DNA of 28,119 nt. Source: an uncultured Nitrospiraceae bacterium. GTDB lineage: Bacteria; Nitrospirota; Thermodesulfovibrionia; Thermodesulfovibrionales; Dissulfurispiraceae. Under the pieces are notes generated by a model. It did not search any database and was not told the origin of the DNA. It was given only the letters and a program-made list of their open reading frames with translations. Positions 7,752 through 17,540 of this stretch are shown here, one piece after another. The stretch's first letter is position 1; every line of letters starts with the position of its first letter. The stretch lies in contig CAVPIW010000015.1 in the NCBI GenBank assembly GCA_963705105.1, positions 1 through 28,119 of the forward strand, in the 5' to 3' direction. Both the position numbers and the translations under genes were made by a program.

Positions 7752-7974
7752 CTTTTTTCCTCCTCTGTGTATCAGCAAGTTAAGCTCATCACGATGTGCC
7801 AAACAATAGAGGCAATTTGCACGAAAGCGGTTCCCTTCACATTTCCAGTCCCTTCATGGTATTGTTTTTTTGTGTGATTCTGTCATCATCACAAATGACC
7901 GAGATGCGGAAGAAACACGGAAAATGATGGGGAGCCCTATAGAATAATAGCCCTCGGGATTTCTTGGAGGAACG

Positions 7975-8226
7975 ATGGGAAAGGTTGTATTGGATATACC
8001 CGAAGAGGTCCTTATCTCCCTTAAGGAAACGGATCACGAGTTTTCCCGGGAGTTGCTCATGCTTGCTGCTGTCAAGCTGTATCAAATGGGCAAACTGTCA
8101 TCGGGAAGAGCGTCTCAGCTTGCGGGAATCGGTAGGGTGAGTTTCCTTCAGTCACTTTCGCGTTACGGAGTGTGTGCATTTGAATTGTCACGGGAGGAAA
8201 TAGAACAGGATTTCGAGAATGCCTGA
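7975..8226 (+). CDS. UPF0175-family antitoxin-like protein
   Basis: AAVKLY..GKLSSGRA..LAG..R..FL..L signature; overlaps downstream PIN gene. Confidence 0.88.
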   Translation: MGKVVLDIPEEVLISLKETDHEFSRELLMLAAVKLYQMGKLSSGRASQLAGIGRVSFLQSLSRYGVCAFELSREEIEQDFENA

Positions 8227-8706
8227 TGCTGTCATCGCCGATACCTCGCCCATTTTTTATCTTCACAGGGTCGGCTGCCTCGGCATCCTGGAGAGCCTTT
8301 ATGGCGGGATATTGATCCCCGGAGCAGTGGCGATTGAACTTGACGCAGGCAGGCGTGCAGGTGAAGACGTCCCTGTCATTGAACAGTTCTCATGGATAAG
8401 TACGAAAACCCCGGTTCTTGCCGGATGGTCTCTTCTGGTTCCCGATTTGGGACATGGCGAGCAGAGGTGATTGCGCTCGGAAGAGAGGTGAAAGGAGCCT
8501 TGCTTATTATTGATGACGCACTGGGGCGCCGGATTGCCAAATTGAACGGCCTTAAGATTACGGGGACTGCCGGTGTTTTACTCAGAGCAAAAAATAAGGG
8601 AATTTTAGCGGAGGTTAAGCCGATTTTGGAGAGGATGAGGGAATCCGGTTTTTTTCTCAGCGACAGGTTGATGAGTGAGATATTGGAGATGGCCGGTGAG
8701 AGATAG
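8219..8706 (+). pseudogene. DUF3368 PIN-domain toxin-like gene with a frameshift near 8460
   Basis: IADTSP...DLGHGE in one frame; AEVIAL...IIDD...R..A...GL..TGT.GVL in the next. GGCGAGCAGAG lacks one base relative to GE-AE. Confidence 0.8.
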
Positions 8707-8719
8707 TGCGAGAATTGCA

Positions 8720-8923
8720 ATGAGCAGGGCTGAGCTTAAGTCGGAGCTGAAACGCCTCCGGAACAATCTTGAAGATCTTGAGGACATGGTCAGGTTCGAT
8801 TTTACCTTTACGTCGGCCCACATCGGCGGCGCCCAGGTGAGAAGGGACGAAGACAATATGAGAAGACTGAGGGAGACGATAGCGCGGATCGAGGAACTCC
8901 TGTCGGCGGAGGACAGGAGATGA
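8720..8923 (+). CDS. Small coiled-coil hypothetical protein
   Basis: 67-aa charged helical ORF filling the gap and converging on the GT4 gene. Confidence 0.6.
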   Translation: MSRAELKSELKRLRNNLEDLEDMVRFDFTFTSAHIGGAQVRRDEDNMRRLRETIARIEELLSAEDRR

Positions 8924-8928
8924 CGCCC

Positions 8929-10044
8929 TCAGGATACGATCTTCTCGATGACGGCGAGGAATTCCCCGGCTGCCCGTTCAATCGGGTACTGTTCAGCCTT
9001 TGATCTTGCTTCCGCTCCCATCCGTTCACGTTGATCCAGCGTCTGTCTGATTCTGCCGGCAAGCATGACCGGGTCACAATGTGCGTCGACGACATAGCCC
9101 TCCACGGCATCACTCACGAGTTCGGCGGCGCCGTTGTTCCTTGTCGTTATGACGGGAAGCCCTGCCGCCATGGCCTCGATGGTGGCATTGCTGAAGGGGT
9201 CGTAGAGCGTAGGAAGCACGAAGATGTCCGAGGCTGCGTAGAGTCTTTCGATCCCGCTGCAGGGACCGAGGAACAGGACATCGTCCGAAAGTCCCGCGCG
9301 CCTGATAAATGCGCTGTATCGGCGCGACTCTCCCTTGCCCGCCACGATGACCTTCAACCCGCCGACACCGACATGCGGGACGGCTCTGAGGAGCACATCA
9401 AGGCCTTTCCGTTCGAAGCCCGACCCCGCAAACAGTACGACCTTCGCCTGTTCGGGAACCGCGAGGTCCGCCCGGATGCTGTTGCGCCATTGTTTCCTGT
9501 TCTCCGGCGTGAACCGTGACAGATCGACGCCGTTGTACACCGTCGAAATCCTCTCCGCCGGGACGCCGTAGTGCCCCATGATCTGCTCTTTCACCATGCC
9601 GGAATTGGCGACGATGCGTTTCGTTCCGGAGAAGAGCCTTCTTTCAAGGCTCAGCAGGAGGATGTGAAGGGGGTTGATCCTGAAGGAGAGCCTCTTGTGA
9701 AAGGGCTCGACGTGCCGCCTTATTGTCAGCCACTCGGCGTGGCATCCTTCACCGGCACGGTAGACGTCCTGGCAAGTCGTTCGTTCGAAGCTGACGACAC
9801 AGTCGAATTCTCTGTGCCGGCGGATTTCCCTGCAGACACGATGATTGAAGGTGTATGTCGAGAGGAATGATCCGGCGGTGATGACGGGAACGCGGTGGAA
9901 GGTGACTCCCACCACATCCGACCAGAGGGAGGAAAAGATGTGGGTGCCGTGGCCGGAGCGCTGCAGCGCTTCAACGAGGGTCTGGAGATACCTTTCGGCG
10001 CCGCCGTGAAAGGAGAAGCGCTTCTTGATAAAGGCAAGGTTCAC
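8929..10044 (-). CDS. GT4 glycosyltransferase, WaaG/RfaG-like LPS core type
   Basis: GGAERY, GSGFERKG, LPTLYDPFSNATIEAMAAGLPVI motifs. Confidence 0.9.
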   Translation of the reverse strand: MNLAFIKKRFSFHGGAERYLQTLVEALQRSGHGTHIFSSLWSDVVGVTFHRVPVITAGSFLSTYTFNHRVCREIRRHREFDCVVSFERTTCQDVYRAGEGCHAEWLTIRRHVEPFHKRLSFRINPLHILLLSLERRLFSGTKRIVANSGMVKEQIMGHYGVPAERISTVYNGVDLSRFTPENRKQWRNSIRADLAVPEQAKVVLFAGSGFERKGLDVLLRAVPHVGVGGLKVIVAGKGESRRYSAFIRRAGLSDDVLFLGPCSGIERLYAASDIFVLPTLYDPFSNATIEAMAAGLPVITTRNNGAAELVSDAVEGYVVDAHCDPVMLAGRIRQTLDQRERMGAEARSKAEQYPIERAAGEFLAVIEKIVS

Positions 10045-10050
10045 CTTCCA

Positions 10051-10247
10051 GTCGCGTGAAAGGCGGGCCGAAGCGCCTCAAACCCTTGCTGAAGGCGACG
10101 ATGAGCATTGTCAGGTTCGTCTCTCAGGATTCCGCTCTCTGTTAGATTGACCGTTGGCTTGAAAAGTCGTCTGGTGTGATGGTTAAGGTGTCGCCGCATC
10201 AAGGTTTTCGGCGCGTGCACCCCGCCTTCCTGTCGGGCGTATGCGAC
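10051..10247 (+). repeat. ~200-bp palindromic intergenic element, centre type 1 (copy A)
   Basis: GTCGC...GCGAC ends; aaggcggg/cccgcctt, gcgcc/ggcgc and ggcgac/gtcgcc stems. Confidence 0.85.
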
Positions 10248-10278
10248 GACACGGTTCATGGACGGGCTGGTGGGCGCC

Positions 10279-10707
10279 CTATTCCCAGTTCGTCACGTCC
10301 GCGTCTTCTCCCTCTCCTCCAGGCTTTCCGTCCCTGCTGTAGGTAAAGAGGTCATACTCCCCGTGCGAGCCGGGACTCTGGTAAAGATACGGTTTTCCCC
10401 AGGGGTCGACGGGCAGCCCTTTTTTCAGGTACGGGCCCTCCCATTTTTCGACGCCCGGGTTTGTGGTGAGGGCGTTGAGGCCCTGCTCCGTCGTGGGGTA
10501 TGCCGCGACGTCGAGCCTGTATTGGTCGAGGGCCTGACCGAGGAGTTCGATCTGGGCCTTTGCGGCAGCCTGCTTGCCCTTGCCGAGTTTCGGGAACAGG
10601 CGGGGACCGACGAGGGCGGCCAGGAGCCCGATGATCACCATGACAACAAGGAGCTCAACGAGGGTGAAGCCCTTCCGGTTTCTGACTCTATGCCATTGAG
10701 ATTGCAT
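10279..10707 (-). CDS. gspG: Type II secretion major pseudopilin GspG
   Basis: G|FTLVELLVV prepilin site, YRLD, YPTTEQGL, WEGPYL, DPWG motifs. Confidence 0.95.
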   Translation of the reverse strand: MQSQWHRVRNRKGFTLVELLVVMVIIGLLAALVGPRLFPKLGKGKQAAAKAQIELLGQALDQYRLDVAAYPTTEQGLNALTTNPGVEKWEGPYLKKGLPVDPWGKPYLYQSPGSHGEYDLFTYSRDGKPGGEGEDADVTNWE

Positions 10708-10734
10708 GATATTCCTCCAAGTGAAATTTTGTTT

Positions 10735-10764
10735 ATTCTACCAGACGGGCAGATAGGGGGTCAA
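10735..10764 (-). promoter_or_regulatory. Putative sigma70 promoter of gspG
   Basis: Minus strand TTGACC-18 nt-TAGAAT with TG extension. Confidence 0.6.
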
Positions 10765-10777
10765 ACGGACTCCTCCA

Positions 10778-10975
10778 GTTGCGTGCAAAGGCGGGGTGAA
10801 GCGCCTCAAATCCTTGCTGAAGGCGATGATAAGCCTCGTCAGGTTCGTCTTTCAGGCTTCCACTCTCCGTGCGATCGACCATTGAGTTGAAAAGTCGTCT
10901 TCTGTGACGCGTAAGGTGTCGCCGCATCAAGGTTTTCGGCGCATGCGCCCCGCCTTCCCGGATGGCGGGTGGCAC
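10778..10975 (+). repeat. ~200-bp palindromic intergenic element, centre type 1 (copy B)
   Basis: Colinear and similar to copy A throughout. Confidence 0.85.
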
Positions 10976-11000
10976 GAACCGCACCCCGGTGGCCCTTGCC

Positions 11001-11029
11001 TTGCCATTACGGGGAAATCTCGTTAAACT
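11001..11029 (+). promoter_or_regulatory. Putative sigma70 promoter of the glycan operon
   Basis: TTGCCA-17 nt-TAAACT upstream of 11090. Confidence 0.6.
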
Positions 11030-11089
11030 ATAGCGAACCATGTTAAATAAACAGACACTTTCGCGGGCATTCCGGTTTAACATTCCCTC

Positions 11090-14000
11090 GTGAATCAGCG
11101 AAGCGACATTCATCCGCCCCTCGTCTCGATCATCGTCAGAACGAAGGACAGGCCGAAACTCCTGCAGAGTGCGCTGCACAGCATCGCCGCGCAGACTTAC
11201 CGGAACATCGAAGTCGTGTTGGTCAATGACGGCGGCGTCGACCTTGACATCGATAATTTGAGATCCCTCCTCGGCGGGATGCCCCTCATCTACGTGAAGC
11301 TTGACGTGAACAGGGGGAGAGCCTATGCTGCCAACGCGGGAATCGGCAACGCCCATGGTGGATATGTCGGATTTCTCGATGACGATGACGAGTACTATCC
11401 GGAACACGTCGCCACACTTGTCACCTTCCTGGAACAGAGCGATTACAAAGTCGCCTACACCGGTACGGAGATGGTCTACCAGGAGTACGATCCTGAAATG
11501 GAACGCATGGCCGACCGTGAAAAGATGGTATTTGCAAGGGAGTTCTCCTATAAGGACCTCCTGATCGTCAACTATATACCTTTCAATTCCATCCTTTTTT
11601 CGAAAAGCGTCATCGCGTCCGTCGGGGAACTCGACGAGTCCTTTCCTCTCTACGAGGACTGGGATTTCCTCATCAGGGCGGCGTCCACCATGCCCTTTTA
11701 CCATATCGGGAAGATCACGACGATGTACCGGCAGTGGAGCCGGGGCATGCAGATCAATCAGGCCGATGATGCCTACATGCGCGACCTGCGTCTGAGGATC
11801 ATAGAAAAGCACCGCGACAAGATCGTCCCGGGGAATATCCTTGCAATACATGATGAAAAGGAGCGGTTATTCATAGAGCGGGAGAGTCTCTCGGAGACCC
11901 TCGCCGAAAGAAACGGCCATGTGAGCCGTCTGGAGGCATTGCTGTCCGAGAAGGACCGGTTGCTGTCCGAGAAGGACCGGGTGATCTCGGAAAAAGAGCG
12001 GGCGATCTCGGAAAAGGAAGCGCACATCGCCCGGCTTGACGACAGTTTGAGGGAACAGTTGCAGCACACGGCTGACCTGGAGAAACAATTGATGGACAGG
12101 ATTGCCGGGCTTGAGTCCGCCATCGGCGCCATGGGAGACACACTCGGCTGGAGGATGCTCGAGACGTTCAGAAGATGGAGGGAGAAGCTCCTTCCGCCTG
12201 GAAAGAGGAGGCGGCGGGTCTATGACCTCGCCGTACGCACAGTCAAAGTCTTTAAGGCCGAGGGCGTCAGGGGGGTATCGCTGCGTTCAAGGGCCAGGCT
12301 GTCATCGCTTGTGCACACAACGCGTGAACTCGCCGGCAAAGCCCTCACGGTTTACAGGACAAAGGGTTTCGCCACCTTCCTCAGGTATTGCGCGGCATAC
12401 ATGCTCCACGGCCCCGGACATTTCAAGGCCCGGCAGGCATATACACAGGATGCATACGAACAATGGATCAGGAAACATGAAGAACCGGACATACAGCACC
12501 TCAGGCTGAAGGCGAAAGACCTGTCGTACATGCCGACAATCAGCGTCGTGACGCCCGTATACAACGTGGACCCGAAATGGCTCAGGCGGTGCATCGATTC
12601 GGTCATATCCCAGGCATACGGGAACTGGGAACTATGCATCTACGACGATGCCTCCACAAACGACGGGACCCTGTCGCTGCTGAAGACCATGACCGGCAAT
12701 GACGGGAGAATCAAAGTCGTTCTGGGCAAGGAAAATCTGGGCATCGCCGGCGCTACGAACGAGGCATTGGCGATGGCGACGGGAGAATTCATCGCCCTTC
12801 TCGACAACGATGACGAGCTTTCGCCCGATGCGCTTTATGAGGTCGCCGCGCTTCTGAACGCGCAGCCTGACCTCGATCTGATTTACAGCGATGAAGACAG
12901 GATCATCGAGACGGACGAGGGCGAGCAGAAACGGTATGATCCCTTTTTCAAGCCGGACTGGGATCCCCATCTCCTCTTCGCGAGCATGTATACGGGACAC
13001 CTGAGTGTCTACAGGAAGAGCATCATAGAGGCCGTCGGCGGGTTCCGCAGGGCCTACGATTTTTCTCAGGACTATGATCTCGCCCTCCGCGTGATGGAGC
13101 GGACAAACAGGATCGGGCACATCAGGAAAGTGCTCTATCACTGGCGGGCCATACCCGGCTCCGCTGCCGCGGGGGGAAAGGACTTCGCCAGGAGATCGAA
13201 CATCGGCGCCCTCCTGTCTGCCGTCCAGAGGAGGGGATATGACGCCGAGGTGTTCGAGTATCCTTTCGCGAACAGGGTGAAGTTCAGGGTTAAGCATCCT
13301 CCCCTCGTTTCCGTCATCATCCCCACGGATAACAGGAAGAACGTCCTCAGCTGCATCGACCTGCTCCTAAGGCATACCGGTTATCCCAATTACGAAGTTG
13401 TCGTCGTGACCAACTCACCTCTCGGTGGCGAGATCAAGCAGGTCTATTCCCATGATCATCGCATCAGGATCTGTCCCTTCGACCAACCCTTCAATTTTTC
13501 CCTCAAATGCAACAGGGGAGGGGAATTTGCTTCAGGTGAATACCTTCTCTTTCTCAACGACGATGTCGAAGCGACCCACGAATCCTGGATAGAGGACATG
13601 GTCGGCGTCTTCGGCAAAGGAAATGTCGGAGGTGTGTCTCCGAAGCTATACTACGAGAACGACACGATCCAGTTTGCCGGCATGGTGACGGGCGTGCGGC
13701 GCCTCGTCGGGACGGCCTTCCACTGCCAGCCGAAAGACTCGGGCATGTATTTCAACCTCATCCAATCGGAAAGAAACGTCTCCCTCCTCTCCGGCGCCTG
13801 CCTTCTCATGGCGAAGACCGTTTTCACCGACGTCGGAGGATTCGATGCGGTGAATACCCCGGTCATGCATTCCGACATCGATCTCTGTTTCAAGCTGCTC
13901 GACCGGGGCTATGAACTCATTTACACCCCTTTCGCGTCGCTCCGCCACATCGGTCACCTTTCCCTCCGCGAGACGGACAGGCGGGAGCATCAGAAAAAGA

Positions 14001-15292
14001 GGGATACGGTGGATCTTCATATTCTCAAAAAGTGGGGCGATTTCCTCAGCGGGGACCCTTATTACACGGAACACATGCGGGACATGCTGTATGAAGACGC
14101 GGCCCAGTATTACAGGCTCTTCGCGGGCAGGCAGGAGGGGAGGTTTCTCAAAGCGAAAAACATCCTCGTCGTCTCCCACGATCTCAGTCTCACGGGAGCG
14201 CCTCTTCTCCTTTATTCCCTCGCCTGCGCCATGAGGGCACAGGGGTGCTTTGTCACACTTCTCAGTCCTGCCGACGGAGAGCTGAGGGGCCAGTACGAAG
14301 GAGAGAACATCCCTGTCATGATCGACGCCTCTGCCGCGGCTGCTCCCCTTGAGGGGACGCGCAGATTCATGGCGAATTTCGACCTCATCGTCGTCAATAC
14401 ACTCGTCATGTGGCCCTCCGTCTTCGTTGCCGCAGAGTCCGGCATCCCTGTCCTTTGGTTCATCCATGAATCCCATTTCGGTCTCAGGATGCTCAGGGAC
14501 GACGAAAATATGAAGAGGGCTTTTTCGGCTGCCGACGATATCGTCTTTATCGGTGAAACGACGGCCCTGCTTTATGAACCCTTCCGGTCACGTGACAATT
14601 TCCGGGTTGTCGGTTTTGCGGGCTCGTCCCTTCACAGGGAATCGCCGGGACATGATGACGGGAACAACGCTAAGAAGTTTATGATTCTCCATGTCGGCAG
14701 CATCGAAAGCCGCAAGGGCCAGGACATACTCATCAAAGCCCTGTCGGGCATGCCGAAGCACTATGCCGAGGGGATCGAGGCCTATATGATTGGACGCAGG
14801 ATGGACAATGTGGATGGCCGGGCCTTTTATGAAAAGATCTCCGCGCTCGCTGAACGCCACGGGAACATCCGTCTCGTCGGCGAGGTCTCCCGGCGGGAGA
14901 TGGAGGATTACATGAACAGGGCGGACCTCTTCGTCTGCACATCCCGCGACGAGGTCGGACCCCTCACGGTGCTGGAAGCCATGTCGGCGGGCAGGGCCAT
15001 CATATCCACCGCCGTGGGAGGGGTGCCGGAGATGATCAGAGACGGCGAAGACGGCATCGTCATTCCCGTCGACGACGTAAAAGCCCTCTCAGACAACATC
15101 GTCCATCTCTTCGATCACCCCGGGGAGATTGCCCGTCTCGGCGGCAATGCCCGCAGGCGCTACCTCGAACGGTTCACCATGGACCGCCTGGCGGCAGACG
15201 TCTTAGCCGTCGTGAGGCAAAGAATCGGCATCCCGCCCGGGAACGAGCCGGATGAAAAGGCCCTTCAGGAGCCGGAGTGGAAGTCTAATTGA
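11090..15292 (+). CDS. Multi-domain glycosyltransferase (GT2, coiled coil, GT2, GT2, GT4)
   Basis: VSIIVRT...FLDDDD; heptad repeats; ISVVTPVYN...LLDNDD; VSVIIPT...FLNDD; C-terminal RKGQD and EVGPLTVLEAM. Confidence 0.9.
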   Translation: MNQRSDIHPPLVSIIVRTKDRPKLLQSALHSIAAQTYRNIEVVLVNDGGVDLDIDNLRSLLGGMPLIYVKLDVNRGRAYAANAGIGNAHGGYVGFLDDDDEYYPEHVATLVTFLEQSDYKVAYTGTEMVYQEYDPEMERMADREKMVFAREFSYKDLLIVNYIPFNSILFSKSVIASVGELDESFPLYEDWDFLIRAASTMPFYHIGKITTMYRQWSRGMQINQADDAYMRDLRLRIIEKHRDKIVPGNILAIHDEKERLFIERESLSETLAERNGHVSRLEALLSEKDRLLSEKDRVISEKERAISEKEAHIARLDDSLREQLQHTADLEKQLMDRIAGLESAIGAMGDTLGWRMLETFRRWREKLLPPGKRRRRVYDLAVRTVKVFKAEGVRGVSLRSRARLSSLVHTTRELAGKALTVYRTKGFATFLRYCAAYMLHGPGHFKARQAYTQDAYEQWIRKHEEPDIQHLRLKAKDLSYMPTISVVTPVYNVDPKWLRRCIDSVISQAYGNWELCIYDDASTNDGTLSLLKTMTGNDGRIKVVLGKENLGIAGATNEALAMATGEFIALLDNDDELSPDALYEVAALLNAQPDLDLIYSDEDRIIETDEGEQKRYDPFFKPDWDPHLLFASMYTGHLSVYRKSIIEAVGGFRRAYDFSQDYDLALRVMERTNRIGHIRKVLYHWRAIPGSAAAGGKDFARRSNIGALLSAVQRRGYDAEVFEYPFANRVKFRVKHPPLVSVIIPTDNRKNVLSCIDLLLRHTGYPNYEVVVVTNSPLGGEIKQVYSHDHRIRICPFDQPFNFSLKCNRGGEFASGEYLLFLNDDVEATHESWIEDMVGVFGKGNVGGVSPKLYYENDTIQFAGMVTGVRRLVGTAFHCQPKDSGMYFNLIQSERNVSLLSGACLLMAKTVFTDVGGFDAVNTPVMHSDIDLCFKLLDRGYELIYTPFASLRHIGHLSLRETDRREHQKKRDTVDLHILKKWGDFLSGDPYYTEHMRDMLYEDAAQYYRLFAGRQEGRFLKAKNILVVSHDLSLTGAPLLLYSLACAMRAQGCFVTLLSPADGELRGQYEGENIPVMIDASAAAAPLEGTRRFMANFDLIVVNTLVMWPSVFVAAESGIPVLWFIHESHFGLRMLRDDENMKRAFSAADDIVFIGETTALLYEPFRSRDNFRVVGFAGSSLHRESPGHDDGNNAKKFMILHVGSIESRKGQDILIKALSGMPKHYAEGIEAYMIGRRMDNVDGRAFYEKISALAERHGNIRLVGEVSRREMEDYMNRADLFVCTSRDEVGPLTVLEAMSAGRAIISTAVGGVPEMIRDGEDGIVIPVDDVKALSDNIVHLFDHPGEIARLGGNARRRYLERFTMDRLAADVLAVVRQRIGIPPGNEPDEKALQEPEWKSN
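11939..12022 (+). repeat. Four in-frame 21-bp tandem units (heptads)
   Basis: ttgctgtccgagaaggaccgg x2 then two diverged units: LLSEKDR LLSEKDR VISEKER AISEKEA. Confidence 0.9.
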
Positions 15293-17117
15293 AGTGATCT
15301 CGCGGGGAATTCGTTTTTTACTGAAGCACGGACCGAAGAAGACAATCGAGAGAACTCTCCTTGAGCTCGACCGGATGCGCGGGAGACCCTTTGCGGACCA
15401 CCATGGGGCCGGCGGAGAGAGTTCGGTGCGGCGGCAGTATTCCTTCGATTCCGACATCTACAGGCAATGGTCCGAAAAGTTCGAGCCCGACGATCGGGTC
15501 CTCCTTGAACAACACGAGATCGCCCGGACCTTTCGTCTGAAACCCCTGATCAGCCTGGTCACGCCGGTCTTCAATCCTGACATCACCGTCTTTGCCGGGA
15601 TGATCGGTTCCGTCATGGATCAGACCTATGACAACTGGGAGCTATGTCTCGCCAATGCCTCGACGAATGCCGAGATCGGGGACTTGATCCGGCAGTATGA
15701 AGAGAAGAACCCGCAACGTCTCAGGGTGAAACACCTTGACAGGAATCTCGGCATCGCCGGCAATTCGAATGAAGCCCTGAAACTCGCGACGGGCGATTTC
15801 GTCGCTCTCCTTGATCACGATGACGTCATCGCGCCCTGGGCGCTTTTTGACATTGCGAAATGTGTCAATGACAACCCGCAAGCGGACTGCATTTTTTCGG
15901 ACAGGGATATCCTTTTTCCCGGCGGCATGAGGGCACACCCGTTCTTCAAACCGGGATGGTCGCCCGACCTCCTTATGTCGCAGAACTATCTCTGCCACAT
16001 CGCCGTCTTCAGACGGGAGCTGCTCGAAACCCTCGGCGGTTTCCGGGCAGGCTTCGACGGCGCGCAGGATTACGACCTCTTCCTTCGCGCTACAGAGGTG
16101 ACGAAGAATATTGTCCATATACCCCAGATTCTCTATCACTGGAGGGTTGTTCAGGGCTCTGCGTCCGTCGACCCGCAAGCGAAGCCTTACGCCTATGACG
16201 CGGCGCAGAAAGCGCTTCAGGAGGCTGTTGATCGCAGGGGATGGGAAGGGACGGTCTCGAAGGGGCGGGATATCGGGTATTACGAGATGCGTTTTCACAT
16301 CAAGAGGAAGCCCAAGATCGGGGTCTTTATTTTGGAGACGGAAGGTTCGGAGGCGACGGGGCGGTGCATCAGGTCCGTCATGAGGAATTATGCAGGAAGC
16401 CCTCTCGAAGCCGTGATCCTGACGGTTGGCGGCGGAGACAAGAGGGTGTTTTCAGAGACGATATCGGGCCTGACATGTCATCGGTACGAAGGATTTCAGA
16501 CCCTCGCAGAGGCGTGCAACGCCGCTGCATCGGGGATCGAGGCCGACTGTATGCTCTTCCTCGGAGACAACGTTGAAGTCGTATCGGGAGACCTGATCGC
16601 TGTGATGGCCGGTTATGCCCTGAGACCGGAGACGGGCGCCGTCGGCGGAAAGATCCTCTATCCCGACGGCACCATCATGAGCACGGGGCTCATGATTGAC
16701 GCTGCGGGCCGGGTGACGGGTTTGAATCACCGCTTCGGCAGGGACGACCAGGGATATAACGGCATGATCCGGTATGCGCGCAACGTCAGTGCTGTCCCTA
16801 TACTGTTCATGATGATAAGGAAAGACTTATTTGAAGCCGTCGGCGGTTTTGACCCCGCATTGCGGTTTTATGCCGATATCGACCTCTGTCTCAGGTTGAG
16901 GGAGAGGGACTTCCTTGTCGTATATCAGCCTGCAGCGGAAGCAGTGTGGCACGGGCCTGCGGTGACCTCATATGACGACCTGTTCGGGGACTCCGACGGC
17001 ATATCAGGAGAAAGAGAAGCCATCGCCGCCCGCTGGCGTCACCTGCTCAAAAAAGGCGATCCCTATTACAACCCCAACCTGAGGACCGATGCCGGGGACT
17101 TTTCGATCCGGGTATGA
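15252..17117 (+). CDS. Tandem-domain GT2 glycosyltransferase (start uncertain)
   Basis: ISLVTPVFN, LLDHDD, GAQDYDL, LYHWR; degenerate second GT2 domain; GDPYYNPNL. Confidence 0.88.
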   Translation: MKRPFRSRSGSLIEVISRGIRFLLKHGPKKTIERTLLELDRMRGRPFADHHGAGGESSVRRQYSFDSDIYRQWSEKFEPDDRVLLEQHEIARTFRLKPLISLVTPVFNPDITVFAGMIGSVMDQTYDNWELCLANASTNAEIGDLIRQYEEKNPQRLRVKHLDRNLGIAGNSNEALKLATGDFVALLDHDDVIAPWALFDIAKCVNDNPQADCIFSDRDILFPGGMRAHPFFKPGWSPDLLMSQNYLCHIAVFRRELLETLGGFRAGFDGAQDYDLFLRATEVTKNIVHIPQILYHWRVVQGSASVDPQAKPYAYDAAQKALQEAVDRRGWEGTVSKGRDIGYYEMRFHIKRKPKIGVFILETEGSEATGRCIRSVMRNYAGSPLEAVILTVGGGDKRVFSETISGLTCHRYEGFQTLAEACNAAASGIEADCMLFLGDNVEVVSGDLIAVMAGYALRPETGAVGGKILYPDGTIMSTGLMIDAAGRVTGLNHRFGRDDQGYNGMIRYARNVSAVPILFMMIRKDLFEAVGGFDPALRFYADIDLCLRLRERDFLVVYQPAAEAVWHGPAVTSYDDLFGDSDGISGEREAIAARWRHLLKKGDPYYNPNLRTDAGDFSIRV

Positions 17118-17125
17118 ACCTGACA

Positions 17126-17523
17126 GTTGCGCGAGAAGGCGGGGAGAAGCGCTCTGAAAAACAGTGTCAGTGACAGTGTGAGTGTCAGTAGACCTTAACG
17201 TTGCAATGGGACCTCCGGAAAGGCGGGGCGTATGCGCCGACAAGCCTCGGTGCTGCGAAACCTTTGCCTTCCCATACAGATCATGTCAGACAGATGGTGG
17301 ATGACACGAACGATGAATTCCCGATACACCAATAATAAACGATCATTCTCGCTATCAGCGAGGCATTGAGGCGCGTCGTCCCGCCTTTTCATTGCAACCG
17401 GAAGGGAGAGTGACTCCTTTTTTTCGACATTGGCTTGAAACGTTGTTCTCTGTGATGGTTATGGTGTCGCCGCATCAAGGTTTTCGGCGCATACACCCCG
17501 CCTTCGCAGAGGGCGTATGCAAC
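17126..17523 (+). repeat. Interrupted type-1 palindromic element (copy D: left arm 17126-17152, right part ~17425-17523)
   Basis: gttgcgcgagaaggcggggagaagcgc ... gtgtcgccgcatcaaggttttcggcgcatacaccccgcctt...tatgcaac. Confidence 0.7.
17200..17398 (-). repeat. ~200-bp palindromic element, centre type 2 (copy C), nested in copy D
   Basis: 9-bp terminal IR GTTGCAATG/CATTGCAAC; reverse complement closely matches 22483-22677. Confidence 0.85.
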
Positions 17524-17540
17524 ATCGAGGTGAAGCCGTC

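Noticed and set aside
10041..10259. Similar short peptides read from the repeats (APKTLMRRHL..., MICMGRQRFRSTEA...)
   Set aside because: Similarity follows from the DNA repeat; starts, stops and frames are not consistent across copies.
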